DNA from: Tubulanus polymorphus
Lineage: Eukaryota; Animalia; Nemertea
Reading direction: 5' to 3'
DNA length: 64,000 bases
Assembly (NCBI RefSeq): GCF_964204645.1
Contig: NC_134033.1
Coordinates: forward strand, 8,626,655-8,690,654
Shown piece after piece: positions 10,101 to 22,100 of this stretch. A program made the translations under genes and the position numbers. The notes below the pieces were generated by a model that searched no databases, was not told where the DNA came from, and saw nothing but the letters and a program-made list of their open reading frames with translations. Position 1 is the stretch's first letter. Every line of letters starts with the position of its first letter.

Positions 10101-13100
10101 AGTTTCCACAGTTTTGACGATTCATTTTTGTTAATGTCACAATAATATACATGGTTTAGGGATAGTGTTTGCTAAAGGAATACTTTAACAAACTATCTGT
10201 AGTTGCAGAGCTAATGTCTATGCTGTGAATTATCGCGTACAGGCCGATTTTCAAATTCACACATTGCTCCTTTGGACGTTTTAAACTATCTACTTTTATT
10301 TTACAACATGAAATTTCAACTAACTGCTTATCGATTAGTTCAGAAAACTGAGAATCTAGCTCATCGATTACATGGTCGATGTATGGTTTCGCCAAGTTTT
10401 TTCTCAAGTATTCAACAGATTCCGAAGGAATATTTTCTCTCTGTGTGTTGACGTGCACTAATGCGTGGTCCTGCTGTTCTAACCGTTCATAACATCTCAA
10501 CCGTTTCAGCCATGCTGACACTTACGTCGTATACCTTCTTGTCTTTGTTTGAATCATCATACGTTGATTTGGTATCATTTATCTTTGAATATGCTTCTAT
10601 TATATGAAGTGATTCCTTTTGGACGGCGATGCCTGCAAAATGGGATAATGTCTGGTATAAAGTCAGGAATGTGATAATAAACTGGTAGTGCGTAACAGCC
10701 CTGATGACGCTTTACATGAGTAACCAGTATCCCAGCCATACAGCAGGTCTTCGTAATAGCCTTTATCTTTGTCGTTGTTGTGTTCCGATTCATGATTTTG
10801 GGGACATTTCACTATGTAGGTGTATGCTTGATAGAAGTGTTTGAAGGAATTGTGCCGGGCTGTCCATCTTTTCTTGCACATGTCCAACAATGCTTTGCGT
10901 TTTGATTCATGTATGCCTATCATTTCCACAGACACAATGTTACTTAACAGCGTAGTTCTCCTTGGGCTGTTCCTAAAGAACAAGTATACCTCTGTCAACT
11001 TATATAACACGTTTCGGACCATAGGCAATTTACAGCTTTGCGCGATTACAAGGTTCAATGAGTGAGATGCGCAATGGATGTATACAGCCATGCTGCATGA
11101 TCCTCGATTCGTTTCTGCACACCAACACGTGAGCTTGGCATTGGTTGCCCAATCATACACCTGACCGCGGATGTTTTTGATGCCTAGACCATTATGTCTC
11201 TATCTGATCAACAATTGCATTGCCAATGTATTGTCCAATGCTTTGCTGCAGTCGCACGAAGTCAAGAAACTCTTCTCGAATGGTTAACTCACAACCAATG
11301 AATCGCACGCAAAGGGGCATCTGTTCTAAGTTATTCAATTCAACTTCGTGAGCCACGTTTTTGAAATATTTAACGGCTTGAACCTCCTTGATGATATCTT
11401 TGTGAATGACATCTTTGCCAAATAACACGTATCATTTCATTTCGCCACGATATTCTTATTTTGCTCCAGCCACTGAATCCGGATTAACTTCTTTATGACT
11501 TGAAGTACCGATGGCTCTGATGGTGGTGCAGCACTATTATCATTCAACAGTCCATTTGATTAAAGAACTGGTCCGTCACCATTTTCCCCTACTGTTACTG
11601 TAGATAGATAGGATGATGTTCTGCGGTTCCAAGGCTGGCGATAACGACAAGGATTGTTCTATATTTTCTGGCCCCATTGCACTGTTACTTTCATTATCTA
11701 CAATAGATTGAGGGAACGCTACAGACGATAAGTTCCGATAAGAGAAAGCTATGACACAGGCAAGAGTTATTGGCTCTGTTGTTCTAAGAAAAGCAAATAA
11801 ATGGAAGAAAAGCGAAATAATCTTTTTTATATAATTCGTGCAATGATTCTCAAATAAAAGCGTTGACTTTTGTGGTTCCTTATTATTTATTGTATGAGAA
11901 CAATCCACATTGTAAGATAATCATAATTCAAGTCACATATTTCATGCAATGTAAGGTGTGGACATGGTTCCCACAGTTATATGAATTCAAAATTCCCAAG
12001 TATTTCATGGGTGATTTTTCAATTTTCCCAAATGGAAATGAACGTATATCGACGTACTCCATACAGTCAACATTTTAGTGGTGACTGGTCGATAAAGGTG
12101 ATTCCCGAGGGAAATCGCTGAAGAAAGTTGCCCTTGGCAAATGCAATACGTGAAATGAAATGAATTTCCCAAATATTTTTCTGTTTTGAGGAATATTTTT
12201 CAAATTCCCAAATATTTCCAACCCGGGAATAATTATTTCAAAATTCCCAAGTTTTTCCAAATTTCCCTGTTCTGTGGGAACCATGTGTGGAATGGGGCTT
12301 GGAAAAATACGTGAAGATTATTTGCAAATCATCTTGCACAGTGAAAAGAGGCACACATGAAAGGGAACCAACTAATACTGGAAAGGGCAATAAGGTTTTG
12401 TGGATCAATGAGAAATTCAGCAAAATTTAGTAGGCCTGATGATGAAATACGATGATATAATGATGATTTGCAATACGGGATATGGACAAATTCAAGTTCT
12501 GGCATTTCGTGTTTGATGGCGATAGTCAGAACCGGAAATTAGAACCTAAATCCGCAATGTTTTTGCTATTTGAAATAAAAATCTCTTGTTTCAAGTTTTT
12601 AGTTAGCGATATTTCACTTACTATACTTCGTCACGCGATATCCTTTAAGTATGATACCCTGAAAATGTGTTCAATTCGATAAAACCTCACTTCGAACGCT
12701 AAATATCACTAAAGATGTAAAAAAAATTATAAAAACACAAATTTTGCGGTGACGCTCGAAGCAGCTAACGGAAGTAAAGACTGGTGCCGGGTGACATCAC
12801 TTTGTTGTGGAGTTCAAGACTCTAAGGGGAGTTTATTGCAGGCTACATTGATAAATATGAAATAATATTTTGAAATAAAATTGATTTTAGAAGGATTACA
12901 CTCGTAGATTCATAATAAAAATGTGAAAAGTACCAGGACTCGAACCAACAATCGGGCCGCCAAGTGGTGCCACCATGTGATACCTGGCAACCTGTCTTTA
13001 CATCGTCAGCTGTTGCAAAATGTTTTTGTATAATTCTAGGACATTAATAGAGAATTTCTAGCCTTTGCAGTGAGGTTTTATCGTATCAAACATAGCGGTA

Positions 13101-16100
13101 GGATATCATATTTAAAGGATTACGCGTGACGATGTAAAATAAGTAAAATATTGCTCATTGAAAACTTGAAGCGAGAGATTTTCGTTGCAAATGAACTAGA
13201 ACATGGCGGATGTAGTTTCCAATTTCCGGTTCTTTCTAGCGCCAACAAACAAGTATTTCAAGAACTTGAATTTGTCGATATTGCCCTCACCTTAATGTAG
13301 GTAAGGTAAAAAGGGCCATACACTAGCGAAAAGGGACAACCGAAAAAGGGCCCAACAATGAAAAAGGGTCGATCATTGTCAAGAGTAGAAGCGTTTCATC
13401 ATCGCTGCAAAAGGAGTGGGCGCAGACTACTGGTATATTGCCGATGAAATCGACCGGGAATAAAGATTAAACCTAACACTTACCAAAAAACCACTAATCT
13501 TGCAAAACTTGGATGTGTGCTGATGCAAATTGGTCTGCTTCTATATCCTATATCGCTTTCATGATGGCATTTTATTGATTTCTGTTGACGTTGATGCGTC
13601 AACGAACCGACAAACGGCAACTACGCCATTTTGTGTGATATACGGACCTGCCGGACAACGTACTGGACCCAAAATTTGCGGGCGTAAACTTTCGGACGTT
13701 GAAAATTTGAAAAATGGCACTTTCACCAAACTCTGAAGGCAGCTCTCCCATGACAACGTCTAGTACGTTACCTTTCTGAGTCTCATTATATGAGGATCGC
13801 ACGATTCAGTCCAGCTATGTTCACAATTCGGGCACTGGTGCATGCACGCGTTGTAAATGGACAGGATGTTCTGTAGGACGGCAGCGTATGGAGTGACGCC
13901 TATACCGCAGCTGATTATTACCGCGTGTTCGGTTTGAAGTATCTCCCGACTGGATCCGCCAGCGTACGGGCCATCGATACAAACCTTAGTAAATAGACAA
14001 AAAATATCAGCTACGCTTAAATAGGTCATTTAACGATGTCGAAGAAACAGGTCCCCTTTCCACAGTCATCAGTCAAGGCCGTGACCATTGACCGTGACCC
14101 GAGCTCAAATTGGCTATAGAACTAAGATGGTTGTGTTGCTGTTTAGGTTCATCTTACTAGAAGTCGTTCAGTCCACAGTTTCCAAGTACTGACCTCTCGT
14201 ACGGTTCGGTCAGCAGGACTCGAACCCGCTTGTCACTCGATACTGAATATAGTTTGTATCGAAATCGAAATCCCCTTTGTTTGATTTTTGATCCCGATAC
14301 TTACCGGTAGACAGGTATCCATATCCTTGATTCTCTGTGCAACGAGAGGACCAGTGTCACGAGCTACAGTGAAGTGCAGCTGCGATGGACGCCACCTGGC
14401 GTTAATTGGTTGAGATCGAATGCTTGACGATAAACGTCCGCGATCTAAAATTGAATATTAAACAAACAAGTGTATTTTATGCGCACGGAAAAAACTGACC
14501 GCATATTTTTATATCGCTCTCATGTCGCATTGTTGCAAATTTAAAAAATGATTTTTACATAACTGAAAACTAGAGGTTTATGCGGTTTGAATGTTGCTGA
14601 AACTGTCAAAATCCATCCATGGATAGATGAAATATGATACAACACACATCACGGATAGTTTTTAAAAAAGAGAAAAAATGACCCAACAATACGGGACAAA
14701 AGTACCCTAACAAAATGGCGGCTAGCAACTGTAAAATGGTTTATTGTTCTTATATCACTCTCTTCGCTAAACTCATCCTCATTATTTCTTTAATTGTCTT
14801 TTCTATTTTTGCTTTGTGTCTCTCTCTCTTTCTTTTTTTCGTTTTCAGGGTGCTTGCTATAGCGGCCTTTTTGCCTTTGCTAAGCCCTCATAAGAAAGCC
14901 TTCTCAATTTTACTTTTGTTCTATTTTGCTAATATTCTTAAAACATGCTTCCGTATGAAATAAATTGAATTTGAATTGAAATAGTGAATCAGTGTAGCTT
15001 TCGCGGTTCAGTAACAGTAACAGTAACACGATAATCTAGGACATTAATACACATTAAACAAAATATCACTTTTTCCTGAGCAATGAATCAGTTTGAACTA
15101 CCATACACTTATTAAGCTATCTACCTTCAGTGCTACGTCCAAATTTCATCAAAATCGGATGGAAACTTGATCATTTTAAAAATTTCCAAATTTCTCTAAA
15201 TTCTTTTTTTTTAAATTTTAATCTTGGTCCTTTTCTTGCAGAAAACATTACTAAGCTTCAGATGTTAATCCCCAAATGAGACTGGACCATTTAGAATTAC
15301 TTCAGAACTTAAAAATGTTCATGAATTTGTCAGATTTTACGCTGAGACTTACATTTACTGTTGTGAGCCACCCTTACCCACTGTAAACATTATAAACATA
15401 ATGAACTAGTGGGATGGCCCATCTCATGTGCTTACCACCCGGTTAACCATTGCTCACCCCAATGGGCCTTTAAATAACACGGCGCATGAGCCAGTTACTG
15501 AAAGGTAGTTCGATAATAACAAGTGTTCAAATACCTCGGTTCATCGGTCATTTACGAATCAGTTGTCCCATATTAACCAGGAGTGCTCAAATGCGACGGT
15601 ATGGTGGTCAGTTATCAATAGATTTGTTCTTAACTAGTGTCTAGATTTTACGGTATAGGGGTAAGTTACTAAAAGGTTGTTCCAATCAATTATCACCAGT
15701 GTTGAACACTACGGTAGAAGGGTCATTTATTTAATTTGTTTTAATGTTAACCAGACTGTGTTTAAATGCCACAGCTCTGATACTGAAAGGTTTTTCAATA
15801 TTGTTAAAATGTAGTATATTTGATATATCGTGTCCAAGCTCAGCTGAAAGGTTAGTTAGCCAGTGTTTAAGTACATCAAACTGGTGGGGGTACTTCTAAA
15901 GTACGAAACGACGAAATTACGAAATATTTTACGGAACTTACGAAATATAAAACAGAATTACGAAAAGCTAAAAAAAGTAAAAAAAGAAATACATTACGTA
16001 GTGCTTAACTGCGAAACGAAATTGCCATTCTTTCGCGTGTCCTGCTAATGTATGAATTGAAATGCGAAACAAAATTGTAATTTTTTTTCGCTACGGCATC

Positions 16101-19100
16101 GGACTCTCGGAGCTGGCTTAAACATACGCACCCGGTCTAGTGTAGCAGGGTTCCGCGCCGTGGCCGAGTTTAGCGATATCATCAGGTTCGATTCCCTGAG
16201 AGAATGATCTGCGCCTGCTCGTATACAACTTGAAGGGACCGATTAATGAATTCCAGGTTAGAGAACGAAGTGTGCTTTACAACGTATCCTGCAGTGTTGA
16301 GGCTGAAAATGATACATTGTTTCTTCACTCTGCTGAGCTTAAATGGTGACCCGGACGGCGGCCTATCTGCCCTGTACATTAATGTTTTTTGAAACCATGA
16401 TCAGGCATAAAATAAGAGACCCAGCAGCTATATAAATGAACAGATCAAAACATTTTACTGGAATTTACTAAATGACCCGTCCGCTGTCGAGAAACAATGA
16501 CTCATTTTTGGCTTTGATTTCATTATTGGTTTCCTGGAAACCCTCATTTTAGATTTAAGCTGATCAGGTGACTTTCTGGCTCCTTAAAGCGAATACTTTC
16601 CAAAGATCATTTAACAGTCCCGTGGCGTTATAACGAGCTTTGACTATAGTATGGTCGCGTTTGAAATTTGACCATTTTCGGTTCGTATTTCGTTTCGTAC
16701 TTCAGAATTACTCGCAAAAGAAATAAACATTTCTCGTAATTTCGTTTCGCATTTCGTAGTTTCGTTATTTCGTAGGCCAGTTCCTGAAAGGATGTTTTAG
16801 TAAAATGTTGTTTTAAAGCTTATATACAGTACTATGTAAAACCGGTAGTACACATACGTACATGCAAAAGTTGAACTCTTGGCTACTGCATCGTCGTAGA
16901 ATTTGTTGAAGTATTTGTACACGGCATCAGTCCACGGTCCTTGGCTTCGTATGTGAACCCAAAGAGAATCTTGGTAAAAAGAAAAAATCTCTTTCAAAAA
17001 TGGCTTCGCCATATGATATTATTTTGAATACATTTCAAACAGATATCAGAGATCTAGGGCCGGTTGTCAAGACATTTCTGAAGTGATTAAATTGAAGTCA
17101 ACCTTTAGGACCTGACATAATGGAATGATTGGAAACCTGTTTGTTGCGGATTACTGCTGATTGTAAACGCATGCCACTCGTGAGCAGCGATCGTCGGTAT
17201 CTTAATGAATACATAATCTCCTGCCTCGAAGTCGAACGCGTCCGGTCTTGAAAGCACCAAGTGCGTTACCTGTCGGGTGAAAATGGAACCACGTGGATAA
17301 ATATGCCATGAACCGATCCAAATTCACGATTCTTGAGGTGAATAGACAATGGAGGGGGAAATCATATTTCTATTTCTGCAAAACATGGAAAAGGCCTAAG
17401 CCTCAATACATTTTATCAACACCGCCGTTTTAAATTTAAATTGATATATTTCTTCTGAAACCGGTTGAAAATCGTTACGGTTCGACATTTTTGGTTTACC
17501 TTTGTCAGCGATATGAAGTTGGCATTGAGCCAATTCATGTAAAATCGTGCTACTTTTCTCATGTGAGCATTTGTTTCATTGGTTCTTGGCTTAAACGACG
17601 TATAATCGATGCAATTGAAGACATGGCGAACCTCCGTCGATGACATGGTCAACGACATGGTCAACATTGTTAAAATTCTACGAAAAACTGTTTTGCCGGG
17701 AAAATTCTTAGCTCTCGCGTATAAAATTGAAATGACCTCGATTGGGGGCGTTGTCTCTACGAGCGAATGTGATTGGCTGTTTTTCGGATACGCGAGGAAT
17801 TCTGGCGCTACTAAAATAATTATGGGAAAGCCATAGAATGGCGAACGTTTCATTGGACTAGGTGCCGTATACGTGTGCGAATTTCAAATGCTCATTGCTG
17901 GTGAGAATGTAATTATTATCCGCCATAGGTATTGTTTCATTTTAATACCAGGTGATTGATTTGATTTACATTGAAGTGTAAGCGAACATTCACTTATACA
18001 AGGCTTCCACGTGCGCGCGGAAATCATTAGACTGTTGCACACTAACACACGCGCGTACAGTATACACTACTATATAGTGATACTGTAACGCTGCTTGCTG
18101 GCGCGTTTGACATTTCATCAGCAGATGAGCGCTGTGTTCTATTTGATAGAATTTGTAATAAATTGTAATTTCGTGTGACCTGAAAATACTAAGCAGCAAA
18201 CTATAGGTATAGGTCTGAATATTGTAGTGGTAAATTCCGGGATTTAAAATCTAATACGCCGATTTCTTACTGCACCGGTATTTGAGCTTCCGCGGCCATA
18301 CATTCAGCCACCCTCTGATATGTGACATCATATGAATTTTATTTGAATAATTTTTCATATTATGAAAAATATTTCTTTGAAAATATAAAATAGTTTCCCT
18401 GCCGCGCCTACCTGTACCCTACGGAATTTTGGACGTCGACCATAAACAAATGTATATCTTTGGTCTTATTTGACTACACAATAATCCTAAGATAAAATAC
18501 AATATTTAGAGTTGGAGAACTTTGAAGTCACGAATTAAAAAGATTTTTCAAACAATGGCCTTACCCCAAACAACCTCTAGCTTTCAAGGTAAACCACACT
18601 TTGTCCATGGGCAATTCATTAATAGCGTGGAAATCGCTTTAACAACAAGCTTACACTCGCCATCCTTCGATGAAGTGGAACTAGACGATTGAACACAAAC
18701 TGAGTAAGACTAAGTTATCTGTTGTTTCCACAACATTTATCCTGGTACATGATACGCTATTCCCTTGTTTTTTAAATAAACCTTGTATTAGGACATAAAT
18801 AATAATATTTATATTGGATAGTTAATCAATAAGATTCAATTAAAGGAAAAGTGTAACAGCAGCTACGTATTATTTTAAAAGGGTGCTTGAACCCTATCGT
18901 CGTTGAATTATGGTTGAACCCGTATTAGAATTATATTCATTTGAACCCAAAACTAAGGTTGTATTGAGTTTAAATAAATATAATTCTAATTCGGGTTCAA
19001 CCATAATTCAACGACGATAGGGTTCAGCTACCGTTTAAAATAATACGTAGCTGCTATAACACTTTTTCTTTAATTGAATCTTATTGATTAATTTCCCAAA

Positions 19101-22100
19101 ACGTAGCTGCTGTTACACTTTTTCTTTAATTGAATCTTATTGATTAATTTCCCAATATAAATATTATTATTTATTTCCTAATACTTGATGGGTTAGACGA
19201 ATGAGTTGCAGAGTAAGTGGGGGTGGAATGATAAAAAAGGATTTTTTTACAGCGTTATGCTGCCTCTTTCTGGCCTGTATAGAGTTGATCTGTTATATTT
19301 TCTATACAAAAAGACGTTGCATTGAATTGGATTGGCCTTCAACAAAATGGGCAAAGTAATACTATTCGCTTAATGTATACAACTCCTTTCATCAGGGTTT
19401 ATGGTATGATATAACCCGTCAAGCTTGTATACTTTGTTAGCCCGAATTCTGATAAGATATTTTAGTATTTACCCCGGACGGCAGAATGCGCGCCTGCGTA
19501 ACGAATGCGTTGCTGGTGCGGCCCCGTCGCCACTGCTTGGTTCTACACGGCCGCATGCCTATCACATACTCTATCAAATAGTAGACTCCCGGCACGATGA
19601 ACCATTTCCAAAAGTCCGGTGCGTGCAGCACATTCACTACCATGAACGGCCAGTGTAAGAAGTGAGTCCAAAAAAACAACTGAATGAGAAAATAAATTCA
19701 AACATATCTATATTTGTACTTTGTCTTGTAAGAGCATTTTTACTGCGTCAATCTGCTGCTCGGATCTACCCCGCCCGACATTCGAATGTATGGAGTGAAG
19801 TGTGAAAGAATAAGTACACCTACTTATTAAACTTCTACTGTCGCTGAATTGGAAAATTCCCCAGGTGAGGTCTTGAACAAATGGGAAGGCTTTATTCAAT
19901 TTTTGAAAGCGTGTTGAAAAAGTGCATTCATGCCTGGTATTTCATTTCGACTGAGAAATGTAGCCTTTCGTATGACGCGTGGAACACATCGTTAATATTA
20001 GTTTGGGTGGTTAAAACTAATCGGATGCCTCCTCGCTGCCAGGGTTTGATCGCCGATCTGATCGGATTGACTAGATGTATATAGACTGGAGGGCGCTGAC
20101 CGGGAACCTGTCCGCCAAAGAAATCGTGGGCGATGTGATAGACCAATGAAGAGTTTGCAGCCAGGGTCTGTGTTGGCGTGAGCTTCAGAGGGCGGCAATC
20201 AAAACAAGCGAGGGTGGTCGAATGGTGATAAACGAACGGTGATTAGGCAGCAGGTTGATTCTTAAACTAACGTTATGCTCTTATCATCGTTTCAAACATT
20301 GGCTTAAGGACTCACGATCGACTTTATATGTCCAGCATTTTGAATCCTCGTGCAATTCGCGTGTATTTATTACCTGAAATCGACCACGGCCGCGCACGCA
20401 CGGTAAAGCACACGTAACGATCAGCGCCAGTAAAGCTAACAGTGCGAGACCGGTGATCGAAGCAGTGCCGTAAACCCAACCCAGACCCGGTTTGGTCGTC
20501 AGTAAGTAGTCGTAATACGTAAAGTGCTCATCCAATGACGTTACAATCGCTAAAATGAAAATAAACAAGCACGCTTAGTTTACTTGAGCTTCTAAAAAAA
20601 AAAACATTTCAAAGCTGTATTATTTGTATAATTGTGATGGAAACAGTCTGATTGACTTCATTATAAATAGTTAATTACTAACTCAATCAATAAAACCTCA
20701 AATCCGTGTCAACTTAGATAAATGGTAAGCCCCACTTCGAAAAATTCCCGGAAAAGCGATCGTAGAAATGCATTATCAAATGAAAAAAAAGAAACGTTAC
20801 GGTTTGAAAAATTTGATAAATCTAAACATCTCTTAAAATTCTAAGATGGCACTTTCATAGATGTGTTCGCTTTTTATAAGCAGGGTCAGCTGGTTGGCTT
20901 ACGAATAAACTCATTGAGTCTCATACTTGATTCATAATCATACAAGAACGGAATGACACAAGAACAACATTAAAGACAACAATGACAAATACAGCCAGCT
21001 GGCTACCACTGGATCCCCCAAAACCACATAATGCACTTAAAATCTATCCAAATATCCCATTGTATGTTTGGATTATGAAAAATATACATACAATACTATA
21101 CTATGACTTACCGAAATTTGCCAAGTGAGCGCCAGTGTGGATGATACTTTGTGCGGTGATTGTCCATCCTACTACCCGGTGGAAATAAAAACACTGGTCT
21201 AGAGGTAGGTAAGGTTTCAGAGGCGATGAACGTAAATAGGTTATCGTCTTTTTAAACATGAGCACCACAACGAAAACGCAGTTGAAATTCAGCGGTTTAC
21301 CTATGTACATGTAGTATACATGTTCATTTAGTGCTAGAACAGTTGAAAATATTCAAAATAATCTACACCAGATCGTTGGTTTTCTAGCTGTTAAAAGAGG
21401 ATCGTAAAATGCAGAAGTTTTTTTGAAGATATACACATATTCACCTGGGTTCGACGTGGGGTGGTGTTTTTGCCATGGTTAAGATGCCGTGAGAAAGATA
21501 GTTAAACAGATATGGAAGACACTTCCTGATGTCACAGGTTAATTAATAGCATCATTATCGGCAGGAATACAGACCTGATGGCATCATTACATTCTTCTGC
21601 AAAGAATCACTGCCCGATGAGCATGAGAACACATTTGAGGGAAAGATTATTCTGCAATCAGAATGCCGATTGTATGATGAGTTTTCGACAATTTCATGGA
21701 TAGATAAACCAGGCAAAAATTGAACTTAAATTACTGATTCAAAAATTGAACTTGAATTACTGATTGGCTGAAAATGACATCAAAGAAATCGTGTGTAACA
21801 ACAGCATGGGTCTATTCGTTCAGGCGTTCGGATAGTGGAAGCCTCGATGCCATCAGGTTTGGATTCTTGCTAGCGGAGGATTAGTTAAAGGTGTCAACAA
21901 TTTGTACTCATATACCGCAAATTCTGGCGCATATCACCAACCAGTTCTCACTCCTGTATTCAATTCCATTCCACAGCGACAACGCCGCATTCACGAGAAA
22001 AAACAGCCAGAAAAATAAAACGGTCCCGCAGTTGTTACGACAATAGCTGACCGTCAAACAGCGACATCCGGCAGCCACCCGGCTGCGGTAGGGTTTCTTT

